Part shown: positions 8,424 through 16,692 of the stretch, in pieces
How positions within the stretch are numbered: the stretch's first letter is position 1
How the letters are laid out: the number at the start of each line of letters is the position of its first letter
Assembly: GCA_046728035.1 (NCBI GenBank)
Contig: JBKPDT010000127.1
Coordinates: forward strand, 1-62,000
Source of the DNA: Candidatus Methylomirabilota bacterium
Lineage (GTDB): Bacteria > Methylomirabilota > Methylomirabilia > Rokubacteriales > CSP1-6
Reading direction: 5' to 3'
DNA length: 62,000 nt
Made by a program: the position numbers and the translations under genes
Notes under the pieces: model-generated
What the model saw: the letters and a program-made list of their open reading frames with translations, nothing else
The model's database searches: none
Told to the model about the DNA's origin: nothing

Positions 8424-10652
8424 TCAGGCCTTGGTATCGGCCTTGGCGTAGGCGCGGTAGTAGCTGTAGTACTGGTTGACCTTGCGGACTGGCACCTGGT
8501 TGAGGACGACTCCGAGGATCGGGGTCCCCGACTTCTCGATGATGTTCTTCGCGCGCAGGAAGTCCCGGGGCCGCGTGACGCCCGCCTGGCACACGAGGAT
8601 GACGCCGTCGGTGGCGGCGGCCATGTACAGGTTGTCAGGGATGAGAAGGATCGGCGAGGAGTCGAGGAGCACGAATTCGGCCTCCACCGACATGCTGTCG
8701 AGGACCTCCGGCAGCCGGGCGGAGCCCAGGCCGGTGCGGGTGAGCGCGGTGGACGAGGTGCCGCGCGGAGTCAGCCAGACGCCCTCCGCCACCGGGCTCA
8801 TCGCCTCGCGAAGATCACCGGTGCCCGCGAGGAGGTCCGAAAAGCCCTTGCCGTTGGGGGTCTTGAGGGTGCGGTGCAGGGTCGGCCGGTGGAAGTCGGC
8901 GTCCGCGATGATGACGTGCTTCCCGACCTCGCCGAAGACGAGGCCGAGATTGACGACCACCGTGGATTTGCCCTCGCCGGGCAGCGCGCTCGCAATCATG
9001 ATGCGCCGCATGGGGATGTCGCGACCGAGGAGCTGGATCTCGACGCGGAGGCGCCGGAAGGCCTCGACGAACAGAAAGTATTCCTCCTGACTCACGTCGT
9101 CGGGCTGGCCCCCGCCGATCATGAACATCGATCGGCGCGAGCGGACGCGGGGGATGCTGGTGAGCACGGGAAGGCCGGTGAGATTCCGCACGTCCTCATC
9201 CGTCTCGATTGGCCGGTTGAAATACTCCACGGTGCCGGGCACGCCCAGGCCGATGACGAGGGCAAGGGCGAGGGCCACTCCGAAGAAGCGCAGGCGCTTC
9301 TGGTTGGCGGCCGCCACGGGAACGCTCGGCGCGTCGATGACCTTGACGACCTTCATCTCACCTTGCTCGCGGATGCGGGCGGCGGAAAGCTTCTCCGAGA
9401 GCATGGCGTGGAGCCGCCGGTTGGACTCCACCTCGGAGGCGAGCCGGGTGAACTCCAGCTCGTCACGCGAGAGGCCGGTGAGGCTCTTGCGCTGGGTGGC
9501 GATCTGGTCGCGGAGCGCCTCTTCCTGCGCGTTCAAGGACAGGGTGGAGGTCTCGAGCGCGGCCATGGTCTCCGCGAAGGCAGAGCGATCGGGGGCGGGG
9601 ACGCTGCTGCCGGCGGTCGGGACGGGCGTCGTCTCCTTGACGGCGTCACCGAGCTCCTTCTGCACGTCGCCGATCATGCGCTTGGCCGTCTGCACCCGTG
9701 GGTGCTCGTCGGTGTACACCATCTGGTACTCGATGAGCTGGGTCTCCAGCGACTGCAGCTTGGTGCGGAGACGCTGGATCCGGGGCGTCGCCGCGGCGGG
9801 CGGGGCGCCGGCGGGTCGGGCCATCGCCACCGATGTCGTGGGCGCGGCATCGGCCTTTGCCTTCAGGCCAGTGAGCCGGTTCTGGGCGATGTTCTTGTTG
9901 GCGACGACCTCGGCGTAGGTATTCTCGAGCTGGGTCAGGCGCGTGACCGCCTCCGCGTGGCGGGCGGGGATCCGGACGCCGCCCCGGGCGTTGGTGAACT
10001 GGCGCATCGCTTCCTCGGACGCGTTCAGCTGCTTGCCGATCTGGTTTTGCTGCTGCTCGAGGAACTCCCGGCTCGACCGGCTGTCCTCGACGTTGAAGGA
10101 GCGGGTCCGGGAGACGAGCACCTCCACGAAGGTGTTGGCGATGTCCATGGCCACTCGCGGCTGGGAGGCCTCCGCGGAGACCTCGACGATGCCGGTGTGC
10201 CCGACCGGGCGGAACTGGAGCCGGGAGGCCCGGAGCTCGCTGAGGGCCCGCCGCTGGGGACTCTCCACCGCCACTTCCTCACCGCGGAGCCGGCGGACCC
10301 AGTTCTGGACCATGGTCGTGTAGTCGACGGTGTAGGGATTCTGGACCAGGTCCTCGACGGAATTCCGGGGGAGCGATTCCACGACGGCCTCCGACAAGCC
10401 GCGGCTCTTCAGAATGGCGAGCTGCACTTCGAGCGGCCGGAACGGCGCGAACTCACGGAAGAGGGCAATGCCCTCCGGGCGGGTCTCCATGAGGACGGTC
10501 GCGGTGGTCCGGAAGCGCGGCGGTTCGTGCGACATCCGATATGCGATCGGGATGAAGATCCCGAGCGAAGCGAGAAAGGCGATCAGCACCCACTTCTTTC
10601 GCCGGGCGAGGACCGAGAGGGCGACCTGTTTGAGGACTTGTAGAGTTTCCAT
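8424..10652 (-). CDS. Polysaccharide chain-length determinant fused to BY tyrosine autokinase (GumC/Wzc-like)
   Basis: N-terminal TM plus Wzz-like coiled-coil region. Walker A reads SALPGEGKST. Tyr-rich tail reads VNQYYSYYRAYAK. Confidence 0.9.
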   Translation of the reverse strand: METLQVLKQVALSVLARRKKWVLIAFLASLGIFIPIAYRMSHEPPRFRTTATVLMETRPEGIALFREFAPFRPLEVQLAILKSRGLSEAVVESLPRNSVEDLVQNPYTVDYTTMVQNWVRRLRGEEVAVESPQRRALSELRASRLQFRPVGHTGIVEVSAEASQPRVAMDIANTFVEVLVSRTRSFNVEDSRSSREFLEQQQNQIGKQLNASEEAMRQFTNARGGVRIPARHAEAVTRLTQLENTYAEVVANKNIAQNRLTGLKAKADAAPTTSVAMARPAGAPPAAATPRIQRLRTKLQSLETQLIEYQMVYTDEHPRVQTAKRMIGDVQKELGDAVKETTPVPTAGSSVPAPDRSAFAETMAALETSTLSLNAQEEALRDQIATQRKSLTGLSRDELEFTRLASEVESNRRLHAMLSEKLSAARIREQGEMKVVKVIDAPSVPVAAANQKRLRFFGVALALALVIGLGVPGTVEYFNRPIETDEDVRNLTGLPVLTSIPRVRSRRSMFMIGGGQPDDVSQEEYFLFVEAFRRLRVEIQLLGRDIPMRRIMIASALPGEGKSTVVVNLGLVFGEVGKHVIIADADFHRPTLHRTLKTPNGKGFSDLLAGTGDLREAMSPVAEGVWLTPRGTSSTALTRTGLGSARLPEVLDSMSVEAEFVLLDSSPILLIPDNLYMAAATDGVILVCQAGVTRPRDFLRAKNIIEKSGTPILGVVLNQVPVRKVNQYYSYYRAYAKADTKA

Positions 10653-10691
10653 CGGCGTCGATCTCCTCGAGCGCGACCGTCGGGTCGCGCC

Positions 10692-12062
10692 TCAGCGTCC
10701 CCGTGCGAAGAGAACCACTTGTATGGTGGCAATGAGAATCACGAGGTCCAGGAACAGCGAAAGATTCTTGATGTAGTAGAGGTCATACTGGAGCTTCTCC
10801 AGCGCATCCTCCACCGACGCGCCGTACCGGTATTTCACCTGCGCCCACCCCGTGATGCCGGGCTTCACGGAGAGTCGCTCCATGTAGAACGGGATCTGCT
10901 TCTGCAGCTCGTAGACGAACTCGGGACGTTCGGGTCGCGGGCCGATGAAGCTCATGTCGCCGACCAGGACGTTGAATAACTGGGGCAGCTCGTCTAGCCG
11001 GGTCTTGCGGAGAAAGGCGCCCACCCGGGTCACGCGGGGATCCTCCTGCTGCGCCCATACCGGACCGGAGTCCTTCTCGGCATCCTCGCGCATGGACCGG
11101 AACTTGTTCAGGATGAAGACGCGGCCGTTCTGGCCCAGCCGGGGCTGCCGGAAGAGCGCCGGCCCTCGCGACTCGAACTTGATAGCCGCCGCCACCAGCC
11201 CCATCGCGGGCAGGGCGAGGACGAGCCCCACGAGCGACAGCCCGATATCCACGAGCCGCTTGACGATCTCCGTCCGGGGCGTCTTGACGAAGCCGTCTGA
11301 GAAGATCAGCCAGCTCGGGCGGAGATCGGCGACCAGTATCTTGCCGGTCTCCTTCTCGTAGAAGGTCGGCCAGTCCTCGACCTGGATCCCGCGCATCCGG
11401 CAGTCGATTAAGGCCTTGGCGGGGAAGTTCCCGCGGCGATTCATCTGGGCCACCACGATCAGGTCGGGCCGGGTTTCCTCGACGAGCGCGGGCAGGTCTT
11501 GGATCTTTCCCAGGAGGGCATAGGGCGCGACCACGGTCTCGGGGGCGTTCGGGTTGTCGTCGAGGAACCCGATGATCGAGAAGGGGCGCGCCCCCGTCTC
11601 GACGAGGCCCGCGATGACCTTCCCGATGGCGCCGCTGCCGAGGACGAGCACCCGGATCCGGATGCGCCGATGGGAGAACGGCCCGATCCAGGCGGCGCGC
11701 CAAGCGATCAGGCCAAGGGTGGCTGCCACGCCGATCTGAAGGAAGGCCGCCCGGCCGAGCCGGAGGCTCGGGAACGCGAAGGCCACTGCGGCGACGAGGA
11801 GGCCGGCCACCGCCTGGCAGGTGAGGAGGCGGGCCAGAAGCTCCCGACGGCCCATCGCGAGTCGGACATCGTAGAGGCCTCCGAGGTTCAGGACAAACCC
11901 CACAAGCGAGATGACCAGAAGGAGCCTAGGCACGACGGATCCTTCGGCAATCCAGGTGTCCGTCAGCTTCGGTACGTGGAACGCGACCACCAGCACCGTA
12001 ACGTCACCGACGAAGAGGATGAGCGGTAGGTGGGGAATGTAGTGACGGAAAACTCGGAGCAT
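10692..12062 (-). CDS. Priming polyprenyl-phosphate sugar phosphotransferase (EpsB type)
   Basis: MLRVFRHYIP... N-terminus, multi-TM, C-terminal bacterial sugar transferase domain (FIGPRPERPEF...KPGITGWAQV). Confidence 0.9.
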   Translation of the reverse strand: MLRVFRHYIPHLPLILFVGDVTVLVVAFHVPKLTDTWIAEGSVVPRLLLVISLVGFVLNLGGLYDVRLAMGRRELLARLLTCQAVAGLLVAAVAFAFPSLRLGRAAFLQIGVAATLGLIAWRAAWIGPFSHRRIRIRVLVLGSGAIGKVIAGLVETGARPFSIIGFLDDNPNAPETVVAPYALLGKIQDLPALVEETRPDLIVVAQMNRRGNFPAKALIDCRMRGIQVEDWPTFYEKETGKILVADLRPSWLIFSDGFVKTPRTEIVKRLVDIGLSLVGLVLALPAMGLVAAAIKFESRGPALFRQPRLGQNGRVFILNKFRSMREDAEKDSGPVWAQQEDPRVTRVGAFLRKTRLDELPQLFNVLVGDMSFIGPRPERPEFVYELQKQIPFYMERLSVKPGITGWAQVKYRYGASVEDALEKLQYDLYYIKNLSLFLDLVILIATIQVVLFARGR

Positions 12063-12079
12063 CGCAGGCGCGTAACAGA

Positions 12080-12095
12080 AGCAATCAAGGTGCCA
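12080..12095 (-). promoter_or_regulatory. Sigma-54 (-24/-12) promoter for the priming-transferase gene block
   Basis: Minus strand reads TGGCAC-CTTGA-TTGCT, a perfect consensus, 17 nt upstream of ATG 12062. Confidence 0.7.
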
Positions 12096-12272
12096 AACCC
12101 CTAATGGGGTCTCTTTTCTAAATCGTTGAAATAATGACGCTAACCCACGCTGGGATAGGGGAGCGCGCTTCCAGTAAAGGGCACTTCTCTTCTCATACTG
12201 CTGGAATTGCGTGGCGAAATGACCAAAGGGGAAATTTTGACCTTGGAATCAAGCGGTTCCGATCTCCCCCGA

Positions 12273-12291
12273 CCGCGCAGATTCTGCGCGG
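12273..12291 (-). terminator. Stem-loop just after the OMP gene stop (no U-tract)
   Basis: CCGCGCAG-ATT-CTGCGCGG, a perfect 8-bp stem, 8 nt downstream of stop 12299-12301. Confidence 0.3.
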
Positions 12292-12298
12292 GCGTAGA

Positions 12299-13852
12299 TC
12301 AGAAGCGTGCGGAGAGCGTCGCGATTGCTCGGTTCTCGGTCGAGTCTTCGAAATCGGCGGTCGCGCTCCGGCTCGAGCTCCTCGAGCCGATATTGGTAGA
12401 GCGATCGGAGTCCCTGTCGATGTAGATGTAGGCCAGGGTCAGCGAGAGCCAGTCGGTGATCTGCCAGCCGAGGTTCGCCCCGGCCGAGAAGATGCTCCTC
12501 GCGGGGATCTGGGAGCCGCCCCCCTCGAGAGGCTCGCTCCGCGAGTACTGCGCATGGACGCTGCCGGTGATGAAGGCGGTGATGGGGTAGCTGAACGAGG
12601 CATTCGCCGCCCGAGTCGTCACGATCCCGAAATCTTCCCCCTCGTCCGCAGTCTGGCGGATGTCCTGGAAGAAACCGACGCTCACCACGCCCCGCGCAAA
12701 GCGATAGCTCGCGTTGAGGCTCGCGGAGAAGAGGTGGGTGAGATCGCTCGCGGCGTCGGAATCGAAGACGCTATATCCCACGCTGCCGGAGACCGAAAGG
12801 CCAGCGGGTATCCCGTGCGCGGCGAAGAGCGAGATATTCGCGATCCGGCGGTCGGTATCGCCGGAGATCCAGCTGAACGACGAGGAGACCCCCGCGGTGG
12901 TGAAGGTCCCGATCTGGCGCGAGAGCGATGCGTAAACACGGTTCCCGATGGTGCCCGAGGTATCCGAGGTCTCCCCACCCGACGTCGAGTCGCGATAGGT
13001 GAACTCGTATCCGCCGGTGAGGGTGTTGAGGGCGCCGAGCGGCATGGACACATTCCCGCCGATGATGTGGCTCACGGTGTCGGTATCGGAGAGGAAGATC
13101 AAGTTCCGGTAGTAATACTGGGTCTGGAAGATGTCGATCAGCCAGTTGACGGCGACGCTGAACGTGTTGGCGATGAAGGTGTCTCGCTCGCGCCGCAGCC
13201 CGTTGGGGTCGGCCAGCATGGGATCGTCGTCCCGACGGAAGGTGTCGGAGACGGTCATGCTCAGGCGCGGGTTGAACGTGTGCTGGACGGTCCCGGTGAA
13301 CGAGGGGAAGAAGCTCACGTTCTCATCGTCCGGCGCCGTGTCGTACGATCCCGCGAGGCTGGTCGAGAGCGAGCCGCGCGTGTTCGGCAGATTCATCAGC
13401 AAGGCCAAGCCGGCGCTCAGCGTGGTGCGGAAGTTCTCGGTACGCCTCGTCTCGGTGAGAAAGAAGTTGTCCGTCCACTCCTCGGACAGGGTCAGTGACG
13501 GGCTGAAAGTGAAGCGGGGGGCCCCCGGAGGGATGATCGACGGATCGAATGCCCCCGGAATCCTCGTCTGCGACGGCGGCGGCGGCTTGGGAGGGACGAA
13601 CGGCTGGCCGTCCGGTGTGGTCAGGCCGGGCTGCGCGGCGGGCGCCCCCGACGGAGTCTGTCCAGGCGGGGTGGACGGCGTTTGAGCCGGCGTCTGCCCC
13701 TGGGGAGTGGTTTGCTGCGCGACGACGAGCGGCGCCCGCAGAATCGGAAGGCCGAGAGCGAGAAGAAGGAAGAGGATTACCAGGGGGAATCGCGAGACTC
13801 GCGACTCCCCCCGCGACGGCGCCTCGGTCTTAGAAGAGCCTCTGTGGAACAA
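12299..13852 (-). CDS. Beta-barrel outer-membrane protein, PEP-CTERM-system-associated type
   Basis: Signal peptide (FPLVILFLLLALGLPILRAPLVVAQQ), Pro/Thr/Gln linker, alternating beta-strand pattern, C-terminal ...ATLSARF. TTG start overlaps the exporter gene by 23 nt. Confidence 0.75.
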   Translation of the reverse strand: MFHRGSSKTEAPSRGESRVSRFPLVILFLLLALGLPILRAPLVVAQQTTPQGQTPAQTPSTPPGQTPSGAPAAQPGLTTPDGQPFVPPKPPPPSQTRIPGAFDPSIIPPGAPRFTFSPSLTLSEEWTDNFFLTETRRTENFRTTLSAGLALLMNLPNTRGSLSTSLAGSYDTAPDDENVSFFPSFTGTVQHTFNPRLSMTVSDTFRRDDDPMLADPNGLRRERDTFIANTFSVAVNWLIDIFQTQYYYRNLIFLSDTDTVSHIIGGNVSMPLGALNTLTGGYEFTYRDSTSGGETSDTSGTIGNRVYASLSRQIGTFTTAGVSSSFSWISGDTDRRIANISLFAAHGIPAGLSVSGSVGYSVFDSDAASDLTHLFSASLNASYRFARGVVSVGFFQDIRQTADEGEDFGIVTTRAANASFSYPITAFITGSVHAQYSRSEPLEGGGSQIPARSIFSAGANLGWQITDWLSLTLAYIYIDRDSDRSTNIGSRSSSRSATADFEDSTENRAIATLSARF

Positions 13853-14657
13853 AGATAATGTCTTCGGGCCTCAATTTCACGTCGGGATTGTCGTCTGGGG
13901 CCCGGAGGATCTTATCAAGGTCGACCCGCATACGCACCTTTTTTTCGCCTTCGGACCTCAAAAGCTCGACCCGGCCGGGGGCGGCCAGGGGAGTGGTCCC
14001 TCCCACCTGGGTGATGGCCTTGGCCAGGGTCAGGTCGGTGGTGTACTTGACGGCCCCGGGGGCCTTCACTTCACCCTGGACATAGACCAGCTCGGCCACG
14101 GGGACCACGATGGAGTCAAAGGGCTCGAGTTTGAGATTCTGGGAGACGTCCCCTCTCTGGAGCTTGTCGAAGTTGAGGGGGATCTTCTTGCCGCCGCGAA
14201 GGACGAAGCCCTTCTCGGCGTCGGCGGTGGGGAGAACCCCGCCGATCATCGCCGTCGCCTCGAGCAGGGTCATGGTATTTCGGGTAAGCTGCATGGGCCC
14301 CGGCCTCGCGAACCCGCCGATGAAGTAAACGGGGCGGCTCTTGATCTCTCGGATGATCACGGTGACGGAGGGGACCTTCACCGTCTTGCTGTAGTGCTTC
14401 ACCAGCTCGTCCTGGAGCTGCTGCACGGTCCGCCCGCCCGCCTGGATCTCCCCGATGAGGGGCAGGGAGGTCTTGCCGTCCGGACGTACGAAGACCACCT
14501 GGTTGAGGTCCTTGTTGTCCCACACCTGGACCTCGATGACGTCCTCGGGACCGATGATATAGGACGCGTCCTGGGCGCCGACCAAGGCGATGGGAGCCAG
14601 GAGGAAGCTCAGGATGGCGACGAGCCCGAGCGTGAGCCAGCGGGCAGGGGTGGTCAT
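13830..14657 (-). CDS. Polysaccharide export protein (Wza-like, Poly_export + SLBB)
   Basis: Signal peptide, then YIIGPEDVIEVQVWDNKDLN...RPDGKTSLPLIGEIQAGGRTVQQL. Confidence 0.9.
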   Translation of the reverse strand: MTTPARWLTLGLVAILSFLLAPIALVGAQDASYIIGPEDVIEVQVWDNKDLNQVVFVRPDGKTSLPLIGEIQAGGRTVQQLQDELVKHYSKTVKVPSVTVIIREIKSRPVYFIGGFARPGPMQLTRNTMTLLEATAMIGGVLPTADAEKGFVLRGGKKIPLNFDKLQRGDVSQNLKLEPFDSIVVPVAELVYVQGEVKAPGAVKYTTDLTLAKAITQVGGTTPLAAPGRVELLRSEGEKKVRMRVDLDKILRAPDDNPDVKLRPEDIIFVPQRLF

Positions 14658-14660
14658 GTT

Positions 14661-16055
14661 TCAGACTCCTAGGAGGTGCTCGGGCTCGCTGGCCCGATTG
14701 GGTTGAGCGGGTGCTTCGATGCCGGCCTCCGCGTATGCCTTGAGCTTGTACTGGAGGCATCGCAAGCTGATGCCCAGAACCCGGGCCGCTCGAGTCCGAT
14801 TCCCGCCAGTCTCCTGCAAGGTGCGCAGGATGTACTGTTGCTCGACGTCACGAAGGGTCAGCCCCGCGCGGATGCGGATCGAGGAGTCCGTCGGCCGGGG
14901 CGCCGCGGTGTCGCCGAGCCAGAGAGCCCCCACGTCCACCAGATCGCCCTCGCACAGCACCACCGCCTGCTCGATGCAGTTCTCGAGCTGCCGGATATTG
15001 CCGGGCCACTGGTAGCTCGTGAGGAGTTCCATGGCCGCGGGGGTGAGGGCGCGGATGCGCTTGCGGTGGGCGCCGCTGAACTTCCGGAGGAAGTGCTCCA
15101 CGAGGAGGGCGATATCCCCCTTGCGCTCGCGCAGGGGAGGGGTCTGGATCATGACCACGGCGATCCGATAGTAGAGATCCTCGCGGAAACTGCCGTCCGC
15201 CACCGCGCGCCGGAGGTCCTTGTTGCTGGCGGTGATGAGGCGGATGTCGGTCCGGATCGGCTTGCTTCCCCCGACCTTCACGAACTCGCGCATCTGGATG
15301 ACGCGCAGGAGCTTGGCCTGCAGGGGAAGCGAGAGCTCGCTGATCTCGTCGATGAAGAGGGTACCGGTGTGGGCGAGCGCGAAGACCCCATCGCGATTCT
15401 CGACCGCCCCGGTGAACGATCCGCGTACGTGCCCAAAGAGATGGCTCTCCATGAGCCCCTCGGGGATGGCGGTGCAGTCCAGGGTGATGAGCGGCCGGTC
15501 GCGGCGGTCGCTGTTGTAGTGGACGGCGCGCGCGATCAGCTCCTTGCCGGTGCCGCTCTCTCCGACGATGCAAACGTTGGCGCTGCCCTCCGCGACCTTT
15601 TCGATCTTGGCGAAGACGTCGCGGATCTGCGGCGACTGGCCGATGATGTCCGAGACCACCGCACTGTCGCGACTCGCCGCCGGGGTGGTTCCCCTTGCCC
15701 CATCGTCCGCTCGGCCGAACGCGCGCTCCAGCACCGCGGCGAGCGCGTCGGCGCCCCGCGGCCGCTCGAGGCACTGCACGCCGGGGAGCGCGGCGATCTG
15801 CTCGACCCCCTGCGTCGACCTGTCGAAGAAGACGAGCGTGGTACCCCGTGCGCCCTTGAGGTGGCGCGCCACCTCCCATGCGGTGACCGCCGGGGAGAGG
15901 TTGACCACGCGGAGGTCCGCCGGTCCCTGGCTGGCTTCCACCATCTCCATCTCTGAGGCCGAGCACACGAAGATACCTTCGGCACCGCGCGCGGCCAGGA
16001 AGTGGTGGATGCTTGGTGAGATGTCGAGTGATTCGTCCAGTACGAGAGTTTTCAT
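14661..16055 (-). CDS. Sigma-54-dependent transcriptional activator with degenerate receiver (PrsR-like)
   Basis: ORF 14661..16244 trimmed to ATG 16055 (MKTLVLDES), with GAGGA SD 5 nt upstream. AAA+ GESGTGKELIARAVH, GSFTGA loop, C-terminal Fis-type HTH. Confidence 0.88.
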   Translation of the reverse strand: MKTLVLDESLDISPSIHHFLAARGAEGIFVCSASEMEMVEASQGPADLRVVNLSPAVTAWEVARHLKGARGTTLVFFDRSTQGVEQIAALPGVQCLERPRGADALAAVLERAFGRADDGARGTTPAASRDSAVVSDIIGQSPQIRDVFAKIEKVAEGSANVCIVGESGTGKELIARAVHYNSDRRDRPLITLDCTAIPEGLMESHLFGHVRGSFTGAVENRDGVFALAHTGTLFIDEISELSLPLQAKLLRVIQMREFVKVGGSKPIRTDIRLITASNKDLRRAVADGSFREDLYYRIAVVMIQTPPLRERKGDIALLVEHFLRKFSGAHRKRIRALTPAAMELLTSYQWPGNIRQLENCIEQAVVLCEGDLVDVGALWLGDTAAPRPTDSSIRIRAGLTLRDVEQQYILRTLQETGGNRTRAARVLGISLRCLQYKLKAYAEAGIEAPAQPNRASEPEHLLGV

Positions 16056-16062
16056 CGGATCC

Positions 16063-16554
16063 TCATCCTCTGCTCTCGGCGACCGCGTGCACCACGCGAT
16101 TGCCGCCTTGGCGCGCGGCCTCGTTGACATGCGCCTGGGCGCGCGAGAGCAAGATCGTGTCGTTGTATCCGTCGCGCGGGAACGAGACGCCCCCGACGCT
16201 GAGAGTGACCTGCCGTGGACTGCCGGAGTTTCCCGGGAAGGCAACCTGCTCGATGTGGGCCCGGATGCGCTCGGCTACCCGCGCGGCATCGGCGCCCTCG
16301 GTGTGAAGGAGCAGGATCCCGATGCCGTCGCGTACCCGGCCGACCACGTCGGTCGTGCGGAGGAACTGCGGGATCTTCCTTGATACCGCCTGATGGATGT
16401 CCTCGCCGGCCTCGTCCTCGAGGGAATCGGGCCGAACGAGACAGACCGAGAAGAAGTCCTGATATCGCGTGGCGCGGATCGCCTCCCGGGACAGCAAGTG
16501 CCGGAAGGCTTCCTCGACGAAGATTCCCGTCGCAGGCTCCACGAAGTCGGCCAC
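16063..16554 (-). CDS. Stand-alone degenerate GGDEF-domain protein
   Basis: ORF 16063..16749 trimmed to in-frame GTG 16554, preceded by AAGGAG-N8. Fold-like pattern ATGIF..FRHLL...SVGGVSFP...AQAHVNEAARQGGNRVV. The GGDEF motif reads RDGIG. Confidence 0.7.
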   Translation of the reverse strand: MADFVEPATGIFVEEAFRHLLSREAIRATRYQDFFSVCLVRPDSLEDEAGEDIHQAVSRKIPQFLRTTDVVGRVRDGIGILLLHTEGADAARVAERIRAHIEQVAFPGNSGSPRQVTLSVGGVSFPRDGYNDTILLSRAQAHVNEAARQGGNRVVHAVAESRG

Positions 16555-16568
16555 GGTTCCCGCTCCTT

Positions 16569-16608
16569 TGTCCCGGAATCCTGTCGGTTGTCCCGGAATC
16601 CTGTCGGT
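16569..16608 (-). repeat. Perfect 20-bp tandem direct repeat (x2) in the 5' leader
   Basis: Plus strand tgtcccggaatcctgtcggt twice. Minus strand ACCGACAGGATTCCGGGACA twice, directly followed by AAGGAG-N8-GTG. Confidence 0.95.
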
Positions 16609-16676
16609 CCGGCGCTTCCAGCCACCTGCCGCCCCCGTGAAAAAAATATGCGGCAGGCGACGACAGCTTCGTGGTG

Positions 16677-16692
16677 AGCAAGCCATGTGCCA
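16677..16692 (-). promoter_or_regulatory. Sigma-54 (-24/-12) promoter heading the GGDEF-like/activator/export operon
   Basis: Minus strand reads TGGCAC-ATGGC-TTGCT, a perfect consensus, about 123 nt upstream of GTG 16554. Confidence 0.7.

Noticed and set aside
8874-10643. Very long ORFs antisense to, or out of frame with, recognised genes. Examples: 8874..10643(+), 28257..30020(-), 34442..36463(-), 37055..39697(-), 48114..49895(-), 30061..31653(-), 21080..22147(-).
   Set aside because: Their translations are Arg/Gly/Pro/His/Asp-rich and low-complexity with no recognisable motifs. Each is fully covered by a gene with clear family signatures on the other strand or frame. This is the expected shadow-ORF artefact of high-GC DNA.
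16569-16608. Tandem repeats (16569, 20381, 59362) considered as possible CRISPR or minisatellite arrays.
   Set aside because: Each has only two abutting copies with no spacers, and no cas genes are present. They are simple slippage duplications.
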